NCBI GenBank assembly: GCA_032718475.1
Contig: JAUCBJ010007869.1
Span: 10,243 to 74,242 of the forward strand
Length of the DNA: 64,000 nucleotides
Source of the DNA: Nemertoderma westbladi
Taxonomy: Eukaryota > Animalia > Xenacoelomorpha
Reading direction: 5' to 3'
Numbering within the stretch: the stretch's first letter is position 1; every line of letters begins with the position of its first letter. The notes beneath the pieces were generated by a model, which was given only the letters and a program-made list of their open reading frames with translations, did not search any database and was not told where the DNA came from. The position numbers and the translations under genes are program-made. Positions 1-11,800 of this stretch are shown here, piece by piece.

Positions 1-29
1 TCCGTTTAAGATGAAACGTGGCAGATATG

Positions 30-985
30 TACTAAACCATTAGCTATGACTTTCAAATGAGGCGAATCCGTTTACAGTTCTCCAGTCTGCCGTTAGAAGG
101 CAAAATGTCCCGAAAGTGAAATTAATCTCCCATTTAGTTATTTATGATCTGATCAAGCTGAAACTTGTCATATATGTACTAGAAGACATCCTAAGTCTTT
201 GTGTGGACAGTAATCGGTCCGGAGTTTTCGAGTCTGCCGCTAGAGGGCGAAATGTAGGAAAGTGATAACCTTCGCGAATTCCTTGATCTTAATCTATTTA
301 AGCTGAATTTTGGAATATACAGTACCGGTATGTACTAGACCACATGCCTCGTCTTTGTGAGGAAGGTGATCGATCCGTAGTTCTTTAATATGCCGCTAGA
401 GGGCTAAATGTATGAAAGTGAAAACCTTCCAACATTTCGTTATTTATGATCCGTCAATCGGAAACTTGGTAGATATGTAATAGACCATAGGCTGTGGCTT
501 TGTAGGGAAACTAATCCTTCCTTCTTCAGTTACCCAGTCTCCCGCTAGAGGGTTAACGTTTTCCGGGAAAATCTTCTCATATGTTTTTATAATCCTTTCG
601 AGTTGATACTTAGCATTAACTCATTTCACGTGCTGCGCGAAGGCCCCACTTCGTGTAGTTCTAATTACAGCCGATTTTCAAAATTGTATTTCCGGACTTA
701 AACCCGCCATTTAGACTGTTACCTTGTGTTTTTAAGTACAATACTCTCGTAACGCATCAAAAGTAATCACTAACTTAATAACAATATACTTGAGTATTCC
801 CCATTAATGATAGTTCCCCGGTCTGCCGCTAGGGGGCGAATTAACAGAAACGTAAAAATAGCTGTAATTATAGAACCAACGATCAGATTCATCTGAAATT
901 TAGTAGTAGTTACCTAAGAGCATTGCTTAATTAGAAATTCTACAGAGACTTTTACAGTTCCTGTCTGCCGCTAGTGGGGAATTGT
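30..985 (+). repeat. Degenerate ~150-bp tandem repeat, each unit with a GCCGCTAGAGGGC-type core
   Basis: Core recurs at ~89, 236, 392, 541, 825, 967 (spacing 147/156/149/284/142). Units also share 'gaaacttg..atatgta.tag'. Confidence 0.7.
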
Positions 986-1336
986 TAGAGCTCCAGTTCA
1001 ACGTGCTTAGCACGGTTTAATAAACAATCAATTAATTATTTTATTCAATACAGTAATTATAACAGTAAAATGCAATGTATTCTATTTTTTAGTGAAATCA
1101 AGAGATAGGAGGGGGGTGGGACTGGACGCAAATCCCATCTTGGCGAATTAATATCCCGCCTCAATATTAATTTCTCAATTTTGGGAAAGGAGCAGGTTAC
1201 AGTGGCACGTTATTTTAACCAAAACAATAAAGTAAACACAATAGAACAGGTTACAGTTTTATTTTTGAGAGTAATCAGCTGTTGTTATTTGCGTCCAATT
1301 TCCCCTGGAGAGGGATGAATTTTTATTGCGTCCAGT

Positions 1337-1367
<31 letters not shown>

Positions 1368-2899
1368 TATCTTGAAATCAAATACCAAAAATATATTTAT
1401 TATATGAACAATCTATTTGGAAATTGTAAGTTCGGCCTATCTCTTTACCATAAGCTCAGTATCTTTATCTGGTGTGTTTTTATTATTTTACCAATTATTT
1501 AATATGTTTGATAGAATTGAACAACACCGCCCAACACAACCAACTCTCTATCCGCCTCGAGCATCGAGAATACGAGAAACTCGATCGAAATACCTGCTTA
1601 TCCCAGTAGTATCCGTCCGTAGTCACCGGACCGCTGCGGTTCTACTCCCGTAGAACAGTAGAATTCCCGCAGCTTCCGACCCAATTCGACAACGAATTCG
1701 CTTCACACTTTCGCGTCACAGAGAACGTAATCCAGTGCGATAACGTCTGCCCAACGTTCAACCATTTCCCCCAGGCGATCCCAGGATCCGGGCCGCCGCT
1801 AAACCCAGATCGCAATCCTCGTCGATTCGTCCAGTCGTCGACGTAAGTCAGTAAGTGGGACTCTTCCCACCGCACTCCAAGGTGGGTGACCGGAGTGAGG
1901 CATGATGAACTTGGCAGTGGCCCGCATTACGATCTGACCGACCGCCGTATTCCCAGTGTCTGAGTGTAGTAAATACCCAAATAGAATCGTACTGACAAAC
2001 AAGCAATTCCGTAGTATTCCCCCGTTAATCACCTCTTGAAGCAACTCGGCTGCTCGGGTCCAGATACATCGGACTGTCGGGAGCGTTTCAGACAGTAATG
2101 GAGCGGCATTTGCGAATATTTCCAATGGTTTTATAATAAATAAGGGGATTCAACAGTTCAATGCTAAAACAAATGGATTATTCCTAACCCCACCCCAATA
2201 CAGCAATATACCTAACAGTATATAGCTTAGGTACCACAGTCTGACAGTACCATAATCAGCACAGTCAGCCTACGCATGGGTGGTACCTACGGTGCGCACT
2301 ACAACGGCAGTACAGCAATACGGTGTACCGTGCCAATGACTGAATGATTAGCGGTAACTACTGAACTATCTAAACTATTATATTATTATTACCGGTACTA
2401 GGCTAATTAGGCCTAAACTATAATCACCGCAAGGGTTTCCGGGGCCATGTTTAGATTACATGATATGGCATGTCTGCAGTGTATGGTACCGGCTGACCTG
2501 TATTGCAGTATTGAACTGATTGCAGAATTCTCGATTCAGGAATTGAGTACAGCCTGACAGTACCGGTACAAATGGTACATGCAGATTGGCAGACAGCCCC
2601 TATGTTTTGCAAAATTTGTCAGAAAACCAGCTGATTTATCCTACAGTAATAATAATTTAACGCATGTTAATTTTGGATAAATAAATATATTATAACTACA
2701 ATAACAGTTACACTGATGCTGCACGAAGGCCCCACGCAAATTCTACTTGGAAAATTTTCAAACTTTTGCCAAACAACATGTGTACCAAGTTTGGATAGAT
2801 TTCATCAAGGATTGGCCGAGTTATTAACGTTTAAAATAAAATACTGAAAAAAAACGCGACAGAACGACAGGTTGATTAATGGTACCACTACGCTAAGGC

Positions 2900-5800
2900 T
2901 CACTCACTTCGTGGCTCGCCCCACATCCTCTGATAAAGAAGATTGTACGTTTGTTTTAGTAACCGGTAATCTGGCAACTTTATTATGCGCGTCCAAAATT
3001 TTACAATGTAAAATTTTCGACGCAAGGCTAAAGGTACCGCGCCACTTTCCCCGTATACCGTAAAATTTGGTGAACTGCGCTTTATTCCTAAAACCCTTTT
3101 AATGAATCCCAAATGGACACGTTCTGCAGCCGGTGCCATGTGAAAGCCCCACACCTCTGATCCGTACATAAGTATAGGTAATATTAAACATTCGAATAGT
3201 CTGTATCGCAATTCGAATGTAACATTTCTTAAGCTTTCTGTAAGCTTTCTGCGCCTTTTCGGCAAGCACCTTTTGGGCAGTTGAGAATTTCCCTGTGGTG
3301 GTAAAATCGATTCCCAAGTAAGTATATTGGGACACCACCTCGACTACCTTTGATTTATAGAACCATTTATTACTTAGGGTGCCCCCTTTTCTAAACACTA
3401 TAATCTTTGTCTTTGCCAAATTTACCTCGAGAGGCCAGTAATCCGCAAACGAACTCAATGTGTCCAAAGATGTCTGCAGTTTTGTTGCGCTATTTGCCAT
3501 GAGAATGACGTCATCAGCGTATAATAGGAGGAACAACTGTAGATGACCTACATGTAGACCCTCAAACCCAACAGCTGCCAATTCCGCCTCCAAGTCGTTC
3601 AAGAATAGAGAGAAGAGAAGGGGGGGATAAAGCATCCCCTTGCATTACCCCTACAAGTATATCGAACTGATCGGAATAATTACTGTTCCACCTAACCCGA
3701 GCCTTAGCTGCGCTGGAAATGCTCTTTACGATTCCAAAGATTTTTCCTCCAAAGCCTAAACTACCAAGTTTTATCCAAAGGGCCTTGTGGTTAACGCCAT
3801 CGAACGCACGACGAAAGTCAACGTAAGCGCAGTATAATTTATTCCCAGATTGTTTTGTGAAGTGGGAAATAAGACCATGGAGAATAAGAATGTGATCAGT
3901 CGCTCCGTAACCTGTTCTGAACCCACCTTGGGCTTCCGATCTAGCACCTGTGCAATCGGCCCACCATGTCAGTCTTGCGTTTATAATTCCTGTGAAAAGT
4001 TTACCAACACAACTCAAAGCGAAATCCCTCGGTAATTACTCGAATCTAGCCTGTCTCCCTTGTTCTTATATATCGGGTTAATTAGTGCGGTCGCCCATGC
4101 CTCCGGAAAATATTCTACATAAAACACTGCATTGAATAATACAGTCAAGGTGGGGGTTAACTGCTCTTCACCTTCCATTAAGAATTCATTAATTAGTAAG
4201 TCTATACATGCTGCCTTACCCCGCTTTAGTCTAAGGATAGCTAATTTGACTTCCTCTTCAGTGAATGGTTGGGATATATATGATTCTAGAATGGATTTAC
4301 TTTCTTGTACATTGATATTAACTCTAGGTGGTATTCCCACATCTTCAAAGTTGTTTGTATTGCTGCTACTTAAGTCACTGTAATATTTATAAAACTCTCC
4401 GACACTGGGTGATACCGTATTAGCGCTACCTTTACCACTGGCGTTTGCTAGTAGTTTCCAGAATTTTTTTGTTTCGGAAACCCTAGATTTTTCAAGTAGC
4501 TGTGATTGGTCCTTTTTGTAATTAATGCGTGCTTGCCTCAATGACTTTCGATACGTGTTGCGTGCAGAGGTCATTGCCCTATGAGAGTGCGCTTCCAGTT
4601 TGCCACGGCTGTTTGAAATAGACATCTGTTATTTCGACAGTCGTCATTGTACCACGGGTGAGATACTCTAGATGAATCATTTGTAGCGCTCAGTTTGTTA
4701 GCGGACGCAAAATATTTGTCAGCCACCCCTGATAAACTATCACATAATTTTTCTGCCGCACAGTCGATATCGTTTTTCTCTATTTTGCCGCAAGTAACTA
4801 AATCAATCACATCGTCTAACTTAGCCTGGAATTCAGGTGAGGCTAAGTCTTGTTTAAATTTGGACGAATATTTTTCTTTCCAGAAGTACTTTTTGTTATT
4901 GTTTATAGTAGTCCCTTGAGTATCAGACTGGTTAGTTCTGGGTGAAGTTGGTAGCTGCGATATAGTGTTACCTGTCATAGTCATTTTCAAAACACAGTAT
5001 TTGGTAAACTCATTTGGGTCGTTTACTGTGAAAGAGCTGCGCTTGATAATGTCCAAACTACCAACCACATAGTCAATGGTGGATTTGCCGATCCCTTTTC
5101 CAGTTGAATAATATGTAAATTTTCCAACCCCTTTATCCTCACCTGCCCTTCCATTAAATATACGCAAGCCGGTTGCCTTACATAGTTCTAGTAACCTTTT
5201 ACCATAACAATATCCATATTGGATCTTAGTACACTACATTCCCCCAACATATCCGGTTGAATGTCGTCGTCAAAAGAGTAATCCGGGGGAAGTAGGTCGT
5301 CCAACATAGACCCGCTTACGTCATTTTCAATATAATCTGGTTCTGATGATGTTCTAGAATTTAAGTCACAAAAATTATTACATCATTAGAACGTTGGTAT
5401 GCACCCACACCCTCTTCGATCAGATCAAAAATAGCAATCGGATCGTTAGAGTACTGAGTGCTTCCTTGTGGTGGTATGTAGGCCGCGCACAAAATAATAT
5501 CTTTGTCTAGGTCTAATTTTGTTTTATCAAGTTTAACCCATAACATGTCGTCATTTCCGAATTCTTGCAACAGAGAGACGGCGCCGTCGTAAATATCTTT
5601 GTAAAATAAAGTAACGCCTCCACTAAATCTATTTGTCCTAGGATGTTTCCTTTTTCTAGTGGTTGAAAGGGTGGAGTACCCGTATAGATTAATATCTAAC
5701 TTACTTAAAGGGCTCAGCCATGTCTCGGTTGTGATAAAAAATTGTTTGATTATGTTGCAAAAATTTGGATCAGTAAGTTTCAGAGTTAACCCTTCAACAT

Positions 5801-6567
5801 TTAACATGCCAAACACTATATTACTAAAACAGCTTACAGTAGGTTTGTAGTTGGGTTTGTCTTCATTCCGGTTTCGTTTACCTAACCTGCAGTCTGGTCT
5901 GGTGGGTTGGGTGTGGCGGTTGTCTAACCGAATTCCCTTGTTGAGTCATGGGGGTCTGTTCATAGTCCGTTGAGACCGGCTGGTGGTCGTCTGTTCCGTG
6001 TCTGGGTGTGTCTATTATTCTACGACGGCCCGATGGACCTATAGAATGAGACCTAGTATTGTACTGAGAACTAGATGTTTGTAAACCTTTACCCTTGGTG
6101 TTTCCAATTTTCTTTACAACATTTTCTAGACTTGTTGTTCGTTGTTGTTTAGTTTTGGGTCTACCTCTTGGGTGACCGTTTGATTGGTTGGGGACGGGTG
6201 GATTCGCGAGGGGGGTTGGCGGCATTACTACCGGGATAGTCTCAGGCAACTTAGAAATATTAGCAATATTTTCATTTGCATTATTACTCTGACTCACGGC
6301 AGGCAAATATGCCTGGTTAGATAGGACGTTAGAGCCAACGCTATTCACGTTTATAACGGTTGCTAAGGGTTGTTGGTTACTGGAAATTCTGGAATCACCT
6401 ATGTTAGCAATCCCCGCTTGAGTGGCAGATAAAATACTACCTGTATTATGATGATGGTCTACAGTAGAATGATTAAAATTAAAATGATGTTGCGCCGCCC
6501 CTTGAATATGAGGAACGCATACTGGGACTGTATATGGAATAGGAACAGAAAAGGGAACCCCAACCAT
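2900..6567 (-). mobile_element. Degraded non-LTR retrotransposon (APE + RT; RTE-X/L2/CR1-group-like), multiple frameshifts
   Basis: Consecutive minus ORFs carry APE motifs (LNVEGL, TETW, AAYIPP, STIDY) and RT motifs (NYRGISL, QGGFR, YVDFRRAFDGV, GVMQGD, LFSLFLNDL, LLYADD, KTKIIVFRKGG, YTYLGI). The 5878..6567 low-complexity ORF may be an ORF1 remnant. Confidence 0.9.
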
Positions 6568-6704
6568 ATCTGTACTATACTACACAGTTATACGACGTCA
6601 TACACTATTATACACTGCCATACTACACTGTTATACGACGTCATACACTATTATATACTCAACACTGCCATACTACACGGTTATACGACGTCATACATTA
6701 TATG

Positions 6705-7010
6705 TTCCCCTATCTGTGCTGCACGCGTGGCTGTAACGTTCACCTATTTGTGCTGCACACGTGGCTGTGACATTCACCTATCTGTGCTGCACAAGTGGCT
6801 GTGACGTTCACCTATCTGTGCTGCACGCGTGGCTGTGGCGTTCACTATCTGTGCTGCACACGTGGTTGTGGCGTTCACTATCTATGCAGCACACGTGGCT
6901 GTCACGTTCACCCATCTGTGCTGCACACATGGATGTAACGTTCACCTAACTGCTGCACACGTGGCTGTGACTACTATCTGTCCCGCACAAGTGGCTGTGC
7001 GTTGACCTAT
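6705..7010 (+). repeat. 34-bp minisatellite (ttcacctatctgtgctgcacacgtggctgtgacg), ~9 copies
   Basis: Visible tandem periodicity; preceded by a short tatacgacgtcatacac repeat at ~6570-6700. Confidence 0.85.
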
Positions 7011-8880
7011 AAGGTTTGACTTACCTTGTGCATGTGGGTAAACATATACCGCAGTATCGGTACATTGCATCTTGCATGTATCTTGCGATACTTGGCGCAG
7101 GCACACAGAGAGGTCGTACAATGTGTTAAAATCCCCCCCCCCCCCCCCCCCACTCTCTAAGCTCTCGCTATTGGACAATAAATTCCCATAGAAAGAAGAA
7201 GAAAACTCAAATAGAAAACTTACTACATTGGCTATAATTGACAATAAAGGTTAAACGTTGAATATTCATTGGTAGATATTAGAATCTCACATTGAAATTG
7301 CAGCCCGTTTTTAAGGTATTAATTTACTCACCAAAACACCAAAAAACGCCTCAATAAACCCAAATATTAATGAAATATTTCCCATAACGCATACCGAATC
7401 AACTAATAGGGAGATTGCGGTGTATAAGGGACAAACAAAGAGACACATACCAAAAAATGATTAAACAAACACCGCATATAAACAATGCGCAAATTAAATT
7501 TTATATTAATTATAACATAGAAAAAATATCCGGCAAAGTGCCTAATGAAATATAATAATAAATCATTTCACAAAATCATATAAGTTGAAACAGATTGGAC
7601 ATCGAGGCGGGTCAATCAATGTCGTTTCTTTTTCTTTTAATTGTCAATATTCCGATTAGAATGTATTTATTTAATTATTAGGTAAAACTACCACCGGTAC
7701 TAAACGATCAGTTACTATAAGTGAATTGATATTTACCTTCACCTAAACAGCCGTCGCGTCGCACTCCTATAAACAGTACCAATCGACGATACTAATCTAA
7801 CCCACAGGTCGTCAACACCAAACTGCAACGTCCAGGAATTGGACAAACAACCAAACTAACAAACCGTAAAGAGTTCATTTATAATTAATTCAAGTTCCGG
7901 TATGGCGCCTTTATTAAACTGAAAGTAAGTAACTTTTATACCAGTACCGGTTTCCTATATAGTTAGTTAAGTTACAACTTAAAGACAAAGCGGTTATTGA
8001 ATTAAGTTGCCCCACTGCGGGACAAAAATCGTGCAAATATAGAATATATCGATCTACAAGCACTTAAACTTTAAATCCAACGTGCAGAAATTATATATAT
8101 AAATTAATTTGACACAGAATATTAGAACCAACATGCTTTTACAATCAGGTCTATGTAGTTCAAGAAATCCGTTCCATAAATTTTGCAATAATTAGTATTT
8201 TTTGCGCAAAGTGAGGTTTCATGAATAAATAATGAACTAAAAAAAACACCGGTTACCTATAATATATTTAAACCAATATTTATTAACACCTTTCCATAAA
8301 ACCAAAAACATCACCACCAAATACAAAAAATTTAACTTACTGTCAATGGAATATAATATTAAACACCACAGAATAAATAACTGAATTAAATTTAGTCTAA
8401 AAATCATTTTAGCCATAAAATATATATATATATATCTTTAATTTCACATTTTGAACTCAATATATTATTAGACTTGGACCTTTTCGACACCAACAATAAG
8501 CTGATCAAGAAATATCAACACACCGAGGTAGTCTGATAATATCATGTGAACCTGCAAGCCTTTAAACATCGAACCTACAAAGCAACTTAAAGCACAAAAG
8601 CAGTCGACAATGGATATAAAAAATAAGTTTCAACAATTTAGTTTTCTCTTCTAGTCAAACCAATTAATTTTTTGTGTAATAAATCTCGCAATACTTATAA
8701 TTAATATCAGATAAGATAAGTTAGAACATTGGAAAGCAACAGATAATAACAACCAGTATTTCATTTTAACACACCCAGTCAAAAATAATTATAGTAAATT
8801 TATTCAACTAAAGTGTTTGTCCTCAATTGGCACCTCCAATCCAGGGAGCACCAATGAATTGGGCAACATTTAAAAGCTAA

Positions 8881-11800
8881 TTATCCTTCCTGCCCTTGAC
8901 CAGAGGAATTTCTAATCCACTGCAAGAAAGGTTCTGCGGAGTTTAGTAAAGCCTCCTTGTCGGGTTTCTCTTTACAACTATTTTCCCACTCAAAGAAGGC
9001 ATCTTCGGAGATAATGTCCAGGTCGTGGAGGTCATAGCAGAAGTCGGTGAGGATATTGGGGGGGTTGTTAACCCTCAGGATGAGACTCTCTAGGGCAAAC
9101 ATTGCCTCCAGTTCGCGTTCAGCTTTATTGTCCAAATACTTCTTGAGGACGGAAGACCGGAGTTTAAAGCGACTCTTTAGGAAGGAATATAGCCCTTCCG
9201 ATTGTGTTATTGTGCTCTCGCACACAGCGGACATAAGGGGGCCGCAATACTTCACGATGTTCCCAAGGGGAACATTCTCCGTAATAAAATCAAAAATAGC
9301 CTCATTGTCTACCGTGGGTTCCATGGTAACGAGTTTAAATAATTCCTCCCGGAAGTGTTCCGGTGAGACAGACAACGTGGGCGACTGAGGAAGGGCGCCC
9401 GATAGGGTGTAGTTCAACTGGTTACCGCAAACAAAATTCTCGATCTTCGTGTCGCCAAAATTGGCGTCGAAGAACTCGGACCATCTGAGAGCAGAGTTCT
9501 TCCAGAGTTCGGCGACCTTTATGGTACCGTGTTTAGTGCCGGCGACATGCAGGATTTTGGCAATAACGATATGGGCCTTACCCGGCTCGATTAAAGGCTT
9601 GCACACGGTGCTCAGTAGTGCCAAGTCAATCGGAGAGTCTTCGCAGACGACGGGGGAAATTAATTCAGCGAGATAATCCCAAATCATAGGGACATCGAGG
9701 GATAACTCCTGGGCCGTTTCGGTTACGTAAACGCAACCCCTAATGTAGGAGCCGGGGTCTAGGAAGCCCTTCTTGAGCCACCGATACAGTAATAAACCCG
9801 TGTGTTCCCGGACCTGTTTCGATCTCTCCAAGGAGAATATAATACACTGACTGACGATAAGGAAACCGCTCCGTTCTGACTTGTGGAACTCGGAGAAACA
9901 TTCGGTGGCCTCCCGGAAGTCGAACTGGTGCAGATAATCCTCGAGATTGGCCGTCGTCTTCGAACGGATCTCATCGTCAGTGAATACGGGAGGCTTTACG
10001 TGTTCGGTCGGAGCTGGTCGCGGGTCGTGTGAGCGGGGCACCGCTCGGTCGACGCGGGGGAGCGGCGAGTGGTCCCGCGAGCCCATCGGGGAAGGCAAAG
10101 GGGATTGTCGGGGCGACGGGGACGCCTGTCGGGGGGAGCCGCCGGTCTCGAGGAGGCGCAGATTCCTCGCGGACGGAACGCTCGGCTGCGAGAACCGACG
10201 GCCGTAGTCGGGGCCGAGACGCGGGGTCCGCTGGTTGTAGTTGTCGTCGGCGGCAGCGGGGCGACTGAGTCGCGGGGGTTGGGGCTCGTCGGTGAAGCGG
10301 TTGCTGGGGCGCTCGGTCGAGGGCTCCGTCTTGGTAGCCGATAGACCCCGGGTCCACGTCTTACCCCGACCGCTACCCGGCCCCAACATAAACGACGACT
10401 TATCAACCTCGATCGGTTGCTTCATAGCGGAAGTTGAGCTGTGGAACTTCTGAATATCGAAGGTTTGTTTGGCCGACTTGCTGGAGTTATTAACTGTATT
10501 CCAGCCGTCCGATTGGCTAATCGGCTGAGGGGCAACGTTCTGTTTGTACGAACGATTCTTGTAATTATCTTGCCGCTTTCTCTCCTGGAGCTCCATAACC
10601 ATGATCTTCTCCATCTTGGCCTCGTCCGCGATGTCCTTATGAACCTCATCGATGGTCTTGGGATTGTCGTCGGGTCGTCTCAACACCCAATTACTCTCCC
10701 GCAGGTCCACCGCGTCCTGCAACATGAACCGGATGCGCGATGACGTACTCCTCTGCCTTATAATCTCGCTAATCTTATTGAAGTACCCGTCCATAGCGGC
10801 CTTGGACTTGGGCGTATCGAGGTCCCGCCCTATAGTGGTGAGCAACCGACACAGACACTCCAAGTGTTCCTCGTCGTCTGTACTCAGTAACTTCTTCACG
10901 CAGTTATGCATTATCTTCTCGGTCAACATCTGCAACTTAAATAATTCTCCGATGAACCGAATATTACCGAGGGATCTTCGCTTCTCCTTCCCGCGTTGCA
11001 ATAACAACTTCTCCTCCTCGAACTTCCTCTCCGGCTCGGTCTTCGCTTCGGCGATCGCCTTGAAGAACTCCCCGTACAGGAGTTCCTCGTCCTTCTCGCG
11101 TTCGAATTCCGACTGACAGAGAGTCAGCAGGATCTTACGGAAGCTCTTCGTGCCCTGTTCGTCGAAGGAGACGCTGATCTCCTTCATGTGGAGACAGAGG
11201 TTGGCGTAGGCGACGCAGTAACTCGGTTCGTCCAACGCCTTGAGGAAGATGAGTCGGACGCAGCCCTCGAACCGTTCCGCCGTGTCGATCTCCAGATCCT
11301 TGATCTGTTTGATAAGATTCTTAAAGTTCTGCGGCGTCAGTTTGTTGAGGATCCCCTTTATCTTGCCGAGAATCGCCTCGGTTTTCAGCTCCTCCTCGGT
11401 TTTGTTGGCCTCGAGGGTTTTATGTTTCGGTTTCCAGGCGTTCTCGGCGACCTGGAGCAGCTGGTTGTCCGGCGGGCGGTCCGGGACCGGTATGATCCGG
11501 CGGTCCGGCTTGGGGACGCCCCCTCGCGGGCCCCCCGGGTAGCCCCCCCGGCCCCCCGCGCGACGGCCCGCGAAGTCCCCCCCGCGGGATCGGGACTGCG
11601 GGGGACCCGACGGAACGAAGTTGGGCAGGAAGAAGTCGTGGCGGGCGCCCGGGCGATGGGGCGTCAGTACGGGCGCCATGAACCCCGGGGAGGGCCCCGA
11701 CTGGAAGCTCTGCGGCTGCGCCGTGTCCAGGATGATCTCGCAGATGGCCGGTAGGTCCCTCGGCTTGTCCTTGATGCTCGCGAACTGCAGCAGGAACTCC

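Noticed and set aside
1338-1367. Poly-C tract as a functional G-quadruplex (also ~7133, ~34710, ~39743)
   Set aside because: Simple homopolymers with unreliable length and no supporting context.
5878-5960. Readthrough junction in the degraded LINE
   Set aside because: The ORF2 frame opens after TGA CTC, but the upstream ORF is in another frame and the element is too decayed to interpret.
6705-7010. E-box/MRE enhancer array in the 34-bp repeat
   Set aside because: Short motifs amplified by tandem duplication; no independent support.
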